From contig NC_043014.1 of NCBI RefSeq assembly GCF_006345805.1, positions 53,754,001-53,818,000 of the forward strand: a stretch of 64,000 bases of DNA, given 5' to 3'. How positions within the stretch are numbered: position 1 is the stretch's first letter; each line of letters starts with the position of its first letter. Below, piece by piece: positions 1 to 54,238 of the stretch. The notes under the pieces are model-generated. The model made no database searches and was not told where the DNA came from. It saw only the letters and a list, made by a program, of their open reading frames with translations. Both the position numbers and the translations under genes were made by a program. This stretch comes from Octopus sinensis (Eukaryota).

Positions 1-295
1 ACTTATATACAATGGAAGCTATAACAACACTATGGAAGGACAACAGAAAAAGATGATATAGGCATATCCCAGAAAAGGTTTCAGAAAATAACAAAACAAC
101 CATACTCTGGAATGTGCCAATACACACAGATAGAGAGGTCAAGAAAAAATGCCTTAGAATTGATGTATCAATCTCAACAGATGACAATGTATGTCTATAA
201 GAAAAGGAGAAACTCTTAAAATAAAAAGATCTGGTAATAGAGGTAACCTGAATGTGGAGCCTAAAAACAGAAACAATACTTATAATAAAAGGTGA
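1..295 (+). mobile_element. R4/Dong-like non-LTR retrotransposon, decayed restriction-like endonuclease domain
   Basis: HIPEKVSENNKTTILWNVPIHTDREVKK...EKEKLLK*KDLVIEVT*MWSLKTET, with stops. Confidence 0.75.
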
Positions 296-822
296 GAAAT
301 TACAGAGACAGTAGAAGTCAATGCAGAATTGATTATCAAAAATAAAAACAGATATGGAACACAAAACAATAATAGAAGTGCTATTTTCTCGCTGTGTTCC
401 CCAATCTAGAAGGGCATGCTATTCACCCAGACTAATTTAGCCATACTCACCAACCTTACAGTAAATTTACTAGCAGGCAACACCTACCTTGCATCTTTTT
501 CTCTAAATGGAACTCAAAGAAATTGATGAGGGATTAACTGAAAAGGTGTCCATTTTCAACCCTTTCAATTTTATCTACCATTCAATCTCTTTGGCCATGT
601 CACCATACTGAGGAAAACTGTCAAGAAACGATACTCAGAGTATTTACAATAAAATAGAAAGAAAAAAAAAACAAGCAAAATTCTGCACATATCCAAAGAA
701 CACATAGCTGTACTCAGTAGTGCAATGAAGGCACTCATTGAATGAATGATGTAATAACAATGAAACAATGATGACCACAAATGATTAATTAAAAGAAATT
801 TTCATATTCTCTATCATTTCAG

Positions 823-43393
<42,571 letters not shown>

Positions 43394-43404
43394 TTAAACA
43401 AATG

Positions 43405-43527
43405 GTAAGTTTTCTCTGCAATCCAAGAGTTTTTTTTTCTCTTGTAGTTTTTGTTGTTATTGTTGGTGTTTAATTTAACCCTGAGTAAGTATGTTCTTGT
43501 GACTATTCTCTTTTTTGTCTTTTTCAG
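43405..43527 (+). other. Putative 123-nt intron in the ABCC 3'UTR
   Basis: ATG|GTAAGT donor 11 nt after the stop and a long pyrimidine tract ending ttttcag at 43527. Confidence 0.6.
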
Positions 43528-43757
43528 TTTTAAAGCCTCTGATTGAAACATCTTTAATCATCAATCACACCTGAACCAGCAAACCTATAATTATTATTCC
43601 ATCCATGACATCCCTGTCATTTTAGGGGTATCTATGGCTATATTATGCACTGTGTCCTTCTATTAGTTTTAAAAATAGTAAAACTGAAGACAATTAGTGG
43701 CATCAGTCTTACTGGTTTTCATTGCTTTGCAAAGCATTCCTTTACTTGGACTAAATC

Positions 43758-43763
43758 AATAAA
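43758..43763 (+). terminator. Candidate polyadenylation signal for ABCC
   Basis: First AATAAA after the 3'UTR acceptor; no transcript evidence. Confidence 0.3.
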
Positions 43764-44595
43764 AAAAACTTACAAAAAGGTATGATTTGACTGCTTTATC
43801 TAGCAGGGCAAGTATCATTTTTTGGTTGTTTTGGTGGTGGGGGAACTTTTTTAATAGTTATTGTTGTTGTTTGTATGAATCAGAGAGAATTCACAAGTTT
43901 TTGTGGCTGACTGAGACAGAAGTGGTTGATTGCAATTAATGTTTTATTTTGGTGAATGGCTGAACTAAGAAGAGGAAGAATTGGATAGAGAAACAGGTTA
44001 CAGTGGAATGTACGGTGGGTAATGTGGGTTCGAAAGACAATTTGATAGAAAGGAAAGATAGACATGGAACACCTTTTATCACAGGTCCATTCAATCATGA
44101 CTGCCCTGGAACAAAACAAGTATCTGAGAAGAGGGGTTTGAGAACAGGCAGCTCCAAGGAACAGAGGCTGGTGTAAGGGCAGTAGAAAAGCCAGAGATAC
44201 AGCATGTCTGCTGGTTTGATGTTGGTGTGTGTTTGTGAGCTGCAGCATCCAGGTGGCCTTTGGAGGATGGATGCAGTCTACAATATAGGTGTGCATTGGA
44301 TTCAGGAAATGAGTGTTACGTGAGCTTTGAAGTTGTAGCAAGTTGAAGTATTCTCTGGTCCTAAAGAAGGCCAAGTTTTTCTCATCATCATCATCATCAT
44401 CATTTAACATCTGCCTTCCATGTTGGCATAGATGGGACGGTTTCACAAGAGCCGGCCAGGCAGAAGCCTGCACCAACCACTCAGCAGAGTGGACTTGGTG
44501 ATTTTTGCATGGCACAAGCACACAAGGTCAGTTTTGGCAAGGTTTTCACTGCTGGATGCCCTTCCGAACACCAACCACTCAGCAGAGTGGACTGA

Positions 44596-45114
44596 ATGAA
44601 CCGAGCCTGCCCACCTCCTCTTCTTTGCCAAACTTGCCATAAACAGATCACTTGTTGTATGACACAAAACTATGAATCAAACAAAGGTGCCCATCTTTAA
44701 AGGGTCTTCTCTAATTTCATGTGGAAACCATTTTAGTTTTATTCCAAACATCAGCTTAAGGAAAGAGTTAATTACTTCAAGCTCTGAATTATTTTCAAAA
44801 TGAATTGAAATCCTAGAGATATGGTATCAGAGAGCTGATAATACAAGGGTCGGAACTAACTCCTGTACATTTTCTAAGATGGCAGAAATGTCAGAACATT
44901 GGGGAAACTGGTTGGCAACATTTATTCTGGGTTTTTAGATTCTGAGTTCAGACACTGCCAAGAACCACTAGTGTAGCCAGAGGGTGTGCTGCTTAGGGTG
45001 GTTCTTCCGTTTGCTACCCACCAACCCCACAAAGAAATATATTTTGTGTCATACAACAAGTGGTCTGTTTATGGCAGTTCGGCAAAGAAGAGGAGGTGGG
45101 CAGGCTTGGTTCAT
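44596..45114. repeat. Inverted repeat, 73-bp arms (44596-44669, 45042-45114)
   Basis: About 4 differences between arms. Confidence 0.88.
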
Positions 45115-45245
45115 CATTGCCTCCATCTTAAACTCTTTCAGTTGTCAAAGCAACGAGCTGCCTCTTCCTGCAGAGACACATCAACAATAATAACAACAAC
45201 AATAAAATTTAAGATTTTTTTGTATTTTGAAAAACAAAGAATAAA

Positions 45246-45806
<561 letters not shown>

Positions 45807-46258
45807 GTAATAATAAAAAAAATTTCACATTTGCAAAGAGTGAAAAATAGAAGCACAAGATTTTGTGTTTGTTGTTTGGAGTTGTTCATTGCTGCAGCAG
45901 GGGAGAGTCCTGCAGATTGTTGTCGGCCAAGCAGACAGTCTGCTCTCTGATTGCATCAATACCACTACCACAATTACTACTACTACTATTACTACTGCTA
46001 CTACTGCAAGCGGTTAAGTCTTTCCCTCTGTTATTTTGGTCAATCTCTTTGTTCGTTCGGTGAGTAGTAGTACCAGCTTTAACACCAGCTGAGTTACTAC
46101 TACTACTACAACTACTATTACTACTACTACTACTATTGTCAATGCTGTGGCTGCTGAGTCCACTGTTACCACCACGACCAGTGGTGGGGCGGTGGTGGTG
46201 GTGTTGTTGTTGTTGTTGCTGATGATGATGGAAGACGTTGTAATGGCAGTGGTGGTGG

Positions 46259-46407
46259 TCATGATGGTGGAAGCATTGATGTTGCTATTGTGAATGAACC
46301 TGGATGCTTCCGAGATGTTTCAAGAGAAGTGTGACCAGCAATGTGATCCAAACGGAATTTGTCCAGGGATGCGGAAGCATTGACAATATGGCCATCATTA
46401 AGAACAA
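46259..46407 (-). CDS. PKNOX: PKNOX last coding exon (phase-1 reading ends ...TSMLPPS*; see frameshift finding)
   Basis: Strong acceptor tttctttctttttcag; (F)[24 protein letters not shown]...MLPPS-TGA. Confidence 0.7.
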
Positions 46408-49400
46408 CTGAAAAAGAAAGAAAAATAAACAGGATTTAGTGGAATACTCTGCCCCTTTGTTTCAATTAACTTTCAAAATATTCAAGAATTTACAAATTTA
46501 AACAGGTTTTGGGAATACAAATTAACATGAAAGCTTTTTATCTAGAACAGTTTAAAATGGGAAGTTTGTACAATGGAGTCAGGGGTGGTCTTAGGCAGTT
46601 TGATATTAAAGAGGTTGAATAGTTTCTGTGGAGTTCTCCCCATCAAACCAGGTACAGGCATTATAGTAATGCTATTTTAAGCATTGTTTTCATGCAGATG
46701 GCAGCCTTCAGTACATCTACTTTTACTACTTACCACTGCAAGTACAATGAAGAGGTTTAATAAGACAGGAACATATCTATAGTTATTAATAGTTATTGCC
46801 AAACTAATATGGCAGTCCATAAATATAAGACTAAAGCTGTCGCTGATTAGCTCCAAGAGGCCATCGCCTCTAGCTAGCTATATGACACACGAACCTTCGA
46901 AGGTTGTAATGGACGCAGGTTCGTGTGTCAAATAGCTAGCTTGAGGCGGTGGCCTCTTGGAGCTAATCAGCGACAGCTTTAGTCTTATATTTATGGACTG
47001 CCATATTAGTTTGGCAATAACTATTAATATCCAGTAACGCTGCCGTAATCTCCTTTAGAGAGACTTAGTAATTTTAATATTTCTATTATATCTATAGTTG
47101 CTTCCCATATTTGCTGGAATAATTAAAATAACATTAGTCATTGAACTTAAATGACTGTCTTTACCTCAAAGAATATATAAGAAAATGGCTTGTGAAGTTG
47201 TTTGTAGCTAAAACTGAAATTATTGTCTACTATAAGACATTTTCACAAAGTAGAATCCCCATGGAAAAAGATATTTTTCAGTATGTAAACACTAAACACT
47301 TTCTCTTTCCTCTTGATTCCTAAAGTTCTATCGAAAGAAGAAAACAAACCATTCCATGAACTTTCTCCAGATTGTAAATATTTTCATCTTTAATGAAATA
47401 CCTCACTTCGTAAAATAAGTTACAGGTGATATCATGCTGACAATTTCTAAAAAGAATGAAACAGTATTCATCATCATCATCATCATCATTTAACATCCAC
47501 TTTCCATGCTGGCATGGGAGGATGGTTTGACTAGGGAATGGCAAGCCAGGAGGCTGCCCCAGGCTCCAATCTGATCTGGGAAGGTTTCTACAGATGGATG
47601 CCCTTCTTAACACCAACTGCTCCAAGATTGTAGTGGGTGCTTTTATGTGCCACTGGCACGGGTCCATTCAGGTGGCACTCGCATGGAACCAGATGGGCGA
47701 TCAATGGGAAATTGTAAGAACTTTGTAAAAAGTAAGCAAAAGAAAAATTAAATGTGTGACATCTGTGCATCTTTTTCCTTGTAATTCCTTCATTTCGAAT
47801 ACAAATTTCTAATTCCACCAAATATTATAAAGAAATTATTTCTCTTGTAATAACTGTCATCACTAAGGAAGCCATGTGAATTTGAAAAGTTCATCCATCT
47901 TCAGAATCTATAAAACTATTTGTGTTGAGCAACAGCAACCATTGGAAGATTCTGACACACATAAAAACAAATAAATACATAAAATAAATGAAAGATCCTC
48001 AATAGGGTTGTGTAACCTACTTGAAATAGCAGCCAAATCTCCCTTAAATCATACCACACCATTTGTAAAAGTGAATGCAGTATTTGTATCCAGGATAATA
48101 TCATAAGTTTTAAGCCTGTCACAACAGGGCCATTAGACAGGAGCTTAACTTGATTTCTATGGTGTAGAAGCAATTAAAAGTATAATACCCACCCCCTCAC
48201 CACAACCACCACTGAACATGATGTCTATCTATTGTAGGTTTAACCTCAAGTTGGTACTTTTTTTTTTTCATTTGAGAGGACTGGAGTGAGATGAAAATGA
48301 AGTATTTTGTTGAAGAACAGATCACACTGCTGAGTGTGGGAATCAAAACCATGGACTTGCAACTGGGTGCCTCACCCCTACAAGAAATTCAACTTACAAG
48401 TTGCTGTTTCCATATTGGGTAGCACTATGGTTTGATTGGACGGCTGGCTTGATGTGGCTAAAGGGCTGCTCTCATTGGATGCTCCATCCCCAATGCCATC
48501 AGCATCTCCAATAGACAGAGGACTGGAGCTACCCGAAAGGTTACCATCGAGAGTTGTGGGTATCTGGGGACGTAGATTGGCAATATTTTCAGGCCAGAAC
48601 CTTTGAAGGGGTCGATTGGGTGGTTTATTTTTCTTCACTTTGGCTTGGTCAGGATTGCTGGCATCCAGCATCGGCTGCAAAATACGTCGACGAGCGTTGA
48701 TGAACCTGAAAAGAGTCAGAGAGAAAGCAAACAAAGAACTGAGTTCAAAAATTGTTTTCTCTCAAAGAATCAGTCTTGAAACACAAGATTCATCTTCCCC
48801 CGTCTCCATGCCCACCATGGCATACATTCTCATCCAAGATCGTTTTAAGATATTCTTTTCCATACTTGTCTGGGTCACACAGGAGTATGCTGAGGCAGAT
48901 ATCTTTCCTGTCACTGATACCACCCCACCCTGTTTCCAAAGGGGCTAAGAATCTCCCAGTTTATCAAACAACAACCCAGACATGTTTACAAACGACACCA
49001 TATGAACAATCCTTTTGTCTACAGAGTGCAACCTGTCAACAGATGTTGAGAAACTGAGGTCACACTTTCACAGGAACCAATTCTCTTGGACTCTTGTTTT
49101 TCATGAACAAAAAGAATTCTTTCAAATTCAGAAGTCAACCAATGAAAGCCAAATGGCTTCCTTCTTCAATTCTTTGCTTCTTCTCAGCACAAGAAACAGG
49201 GGAAGTGTTTACCATTCATTACTTTATGATACAGTTTTCATTACCAAAATCATATTTTCAATTAAAGTTGATACTTTAGTGACAAGGAGGGAAGCGGTGG
49301 ATGCCCATAGAGGGAGCCTCAGTATGGAACTCCATAAATTACAATTTTTGCATTCTGAGATTTGAGACTGAAGCTGTTGTTATGGTTAAAAGAGGTGCTA

Positions 49401-52400
49401 AGGTGAATGCCACAATATTGATAGTAATGAAATTGAGAAACAAATATAAATTTCATTTAAAAGGAAGTTATTCTAGAAAATCTAGGAAAGTTCTCCGAGC
49501 CATGATAGATGCTGCTGATCATTGGGATGTCCGAATGTTTATGATTTGGTTCTCAAAGATTTATCTATTAATATGTTGAAAAAAACCCAAAAAGACAGGA
49601 CCCTACAGCCAGCTGGGAAAGGGCCATTGTCAATATGAAAAAACAAAAGGTGTAAGAGTACCCAGTATAAAACCATGGGGCACAGGAGATGCAATGAGAG
49701 GCAGGCAGAGGAGATGATTAATTTAGGATAACAATAAAATAGTTTTTTAATCATTGAGCTTACCAGTTGTTGACTTGAAGTAATGTCAGGTTTGTCTGGG
49801 CTGCAATTTGTCTTTTTTCGTCTTCTGAAGGATATGGATGCTTGAGAAATGAAACAAATTTGACGCATCAGGAATTGAAACATTTGTAAGAGGTGAAAAA
49901 AGTGACCAGCTGCACAACTGAAAATGCATTTCATTTACAAATTGCTATTTCTTTGTTTCAGTTCTTTTGGTAGTATTTTTGTTATTTTGAAAATAACTCT
50001 ACATTTTCAATGGTTATGTGGTTAAAACATTTGCTCCACAACCATTTTTTTGTGGGTTTGGTCCTCCTTGAGGTGTCGCAGAAATCTGGACAATGTAAAC
50101 ATACACACATGTATGTACTGGTTTCAGGCACTGACCACACTGGAGCACTGCCTTGAATGTTTTAGTTGATCAAATGATCTACCACAAAATTCTGGTCCAT
50201 TTTTGTTGAAATGCTAAATTACAAAGACATAAACTAACACCAGCCATTGGTGTCCTGCAAAGGCCAGATACGAAGAGAAACAAACACACACCTTCTTAAG
50301 AGGTTGTCAGGGTTGATCAGAAGGGAGCTACACAGGACAACAAGGGAAATTATCAATGTAAGGCTTTTAAAAGTAAAAGTAAATAAAGGATCGAAAGGAA
50401 TTTAAAATGGACACTAAACCAAATACAAACCACAATATTCTGAAAGAGCCAGGATCTCATGATTTTAGTTGCCGTCTTGGGCAGAATTCCTCTTTTAGTT
50501 TTTCTTTTACAAATCATATCTTCATCATCTGAACCAAGTTGAGCAAGGTTTCCCATGGGAGTGATCTGGGTTGATGCTGACAACAGACAACAGAAGAAGA
50601 ATGCACAGAGATAGAAAAGCAAAACAGACAGGGAGATGAATTAACAGATAGGTGAATCCTTTAACATAGATAAGTAATAGTAATGAAAAGAGTCAGTCAA
50701 ACAGACAGACAATCAAAGAAGAAGAAAACTGAAGAATATTGTTGCATTTACCTGGAGTCGGTGGAGCAGAAGTAACAGGGATTTGTCCGATGATGTTGGG
50801 AGTTCCAACAACACCAATCTGTGACAAGGGGGTACTACCATGAATAAGAGGTGAACCACTTGCCACTTGGTTAGGAAGTGAAGCAGTTCGAATCTGAAAG
50901 AGTAACAGACGGGGAGAGTTCATTCAAAGACAAAATGGGGAAGATTCTTCAAGGATTCTATCTACTAACAAGAGTAACAAGAACATTAACCTCACAAAGT
51001 ACCCCACCTCTTCTCTCTCTTGTACGTGGTATTTAATTATAATACACTGCTCCTAAATATACCCCATTAAAATGACCATCACCGCTGAATGCTGGTGTTC
51101 AAGGAATCTTCACAAAAGAATAAATCACTAATCATGTCTGCTGCACTAATTGTCTTTAAGGGACAAGATCCACCCTTATTAACCAAAGTTAGTTGCCCAA
51201 AATTTTGGTTATTGTGGTTATCTCCCTTGTTGGATGATTTTCAGACTTTTAAACATCCCATGATGGAAGTTTTTGTTTACTAATCGCATGAATAATCTCA
51301 GATGATTAAAGTTTTTTTTTAATTCACTGTACTAAATAAGTGAGACTATACTATGATTAAAAAAAAAAAGAGTAGGCTTTTCCAGTTGAGAACAATTTGT
51401 GTGCAAAACCATTCTCATTGGCCCTGCTTCGAGAAAACCAAATTTATGAGAAACTTCAATGTTTTGAGTCGTTTGAGAGACTCAAGTAATTGGTGTCTGC
51501 TTGCGCATGGGTGATGCTTTGCCCCAAGTGAATGGGATCTAAGCAGATGCAATCTTTGAGTTGAGAGAAACTATACTTGAACACAGATCAGAGAATGTGA
51601 ACAATAAAGCAAAGTGTACAAACCTGAATTGGCTGTGCAACAATACCTTGTGGTGTTTGCACCATTTGATACACAGTTCCGCCAGATACAATCTGCCCCT
51701 GTCCTAAGGAACCCATTGAAAGGGCAGCTGGTTGCGCAGCAGCAGCGGCTAAACCCTGCTGGATGAGGACATTGTTGGCTGCCATTGAGGCAACCACTTG
51801 CTGCTGCATCTGCAACTGACCCTGGAGTGAAACAGCAGCGGCAGCAGCTGCAGCTAGGCTATTATTGTTGGTGGTGGTGGTCGTGGTGGTGCTGGTGGTG
51901 CTGGTGCTATGATGGTGGTGGTTGCTGGTGCTACTTCTGCTACCACCACCACCACCACCACCGCCGCCGCCGCTGCTGCTGCTGCTTGTGGTGGTGGTGA
52001 TGCCAGTGGTTCCAGGGGCCGACGATGGCCCTGTTGTAGTTGGAGTTAGCTGTGAGGAACTGGTGCTGAGAGAAGGAGTGACATTCCCAGAGTTGCTGCC
52101 ACTACTGCTGCTCATTGAACCATCAAAATTGGGGGTTGGCGAGTGCACCTCGGTGCGCAGCAGGTGCTCGCTCTGCATCTTGCTTTTCAGGCATGTTATG
52201 TAACGGTGGCAGAAATCCTTGCACAACTCATTCACTTTCTCCAACTCCAGCAGATGGATGCGTAACACCTGAATAGCTTTCAGCATCTGAAGAAGAAGAG
52301 GGAGAAGAGAAACATTAGTTCAGCAGGGGACACACGGTGGGTTCAGCAGCAGGGGACTTTGCTTCTAACACTTCACAACCCATGTTTCTGCTCCAATAAT

Positions 52401-52536
52401 TGAAGAACTTTCAAAACATATTCAAAAGGACACGCAGAGAGCCATAGGATTAAGAAGAAGAAGAAGAAGACCACTTTGCAGCAATCAGATTCCAGGTTTG
52501 ATTCCATTGCACAACTTGGACATCTTCATCTTCCAT

Positions 52537-52592
<56 letters not shown>

Positions 52593-52605
52593 ATGTATGT
52601 ATGTG

Positions 52606-52654
<49 letters not shown>

Positions 52655-54205
52655 CTTTCAAAGAGGAAGAATTTACGGATTTTTTCTCTTACAAGGTTTT
52701 TCACGCTGACTACTGATAATTTCTTTTAAAGATTTTATCCTCAATTGTTAATTTATATATATATATATATCTAATTAGAAGTTTTGTTAAGCTCATGAAG
52801 GGATGGTTTCATCCAAGAAAATACTGGTTCAATACCAAGTGTTTTGTGGAACTAATTTCCTTAAAATAATAGGTGTATATATATAAACAGATAGCTTATA
52901 TTCATATAAAAGAAGAAAAAGAAAAAAAATGGAGATTGAGAAATTAATAATTGTTTATTATTAACAGCATTATTAAGTAGCTTGCTAACCAACCACATGG
53001 TTCCGGGTTCAGTCCCACTGTGTGGCATCTTGGGCAAGTGTCTTCTGCTATAGCCCTGGGCTGACCAATGCCTTGTGAGTGGATTTGGTAGACGGAAACT
53101 GAAAGAAGCCTGTCGTATATATGTATATATATGTATATATGTGTATGTGTGTGTGTTTGTTTGTGTGTGTGTGTTTGTCCCCCTAGCATTGCTTGACAAC
53201 CGATGCTGGTGTGTTTACGTCCCTGTCACTTAGCGGTTCGGCAAAAAGAGACTGATAGAATAAGTACTGGGCTTACAAAGAATAAGTTCCGGGGTCGATT
53301 TGCTCGACTAAAGGCGGTGCTCCAGCATGGCCGCAGTCAAATGACTGAAACAAGTAAAGAGAGCAAATTAATCATCTTTGCTTACAGCTGTTTCAGTAAA
53401 TATTTATATGACCTGAGCATAAAATCTTCAGAGGGGAAAAAAATATACTCTTGGATGTTTTATATGTGTTTATGGATTCATTAAAGCAGACTGAATGATA
53501 CGGTTTATGATTTTTTTTGTTATCTGTTCAGGTTAGGAGTTTACAGGTTGATTGGAACTTACCAAACTATCCAATTCTGTGTCATCACTGAAAAAAGGAT
53601 TACGGTCCTTCTCCTGGTGTTGCACAAAAGCCTGAATGTCAACATCGAAATTGTCTCCTGCTGGACAATCAGGGGTTTGAGTTGCACGTTCACATTTCTC
53701 AAATAACAGAGCCATCAAAGGAAAGAGGGGGTGCCTGGTTCAATACAAAGCAAATAAACAATCTCACATTTAATATAAAATTAATCACATATTTAATACA
53801 GACTTACAGCCCTCATCTCTCTGAAAGCCTTGCATGTCGGGACATGTCACTATACCTGTAGTACCCTATGGATTCTTGACCTAGGGGCCACATATCTCGT
53901 ACCTTTATTACAAAACCATCATCATTACTATGTTTCGTTTTTTTTTTCCGTGCTTCCATGGTATCTCACCACTTGTGGTCCCCTTATACTTCATATTGTA
54001 TCCCTACTACTGTTCCTTGTCACCTCCTCCTCCCTTTCTTTCCTTCCCCTAAATTGACGTTTACTGCACCCAACTTTATCCCCATTTCTAATCATTTGTC
54101 ACTCTTTTCACACCCTACTGCACGCACTGACCCACCCACACGTTTCTGTTCCTTTACCCTGTTCTCCCTTTCCTATCCACCTTGTACCTTAACCTCACAT
54201 CCCGC

Positions 54206-54238
<33 letters not shown>

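Noticed and set aside
46285-46407. Stop-codon readthrough at CAA-TAG-CAA in the phase-0 frame of the PKNOX last exon
   Set aside because: The upstream donor is phase 1, the phase-0 peptide is hydrophobic and unlike PKNOX, and the context lacks the full CAR-YYA motif.
48398-53734. MEIS/homothorax assignment
   Set aside because: [31 protein letters not shown] and QRFWP are PKNOX-type; MEIS has MRAWLFQ, EEQKKQLAQDTGL, IVQPMID.
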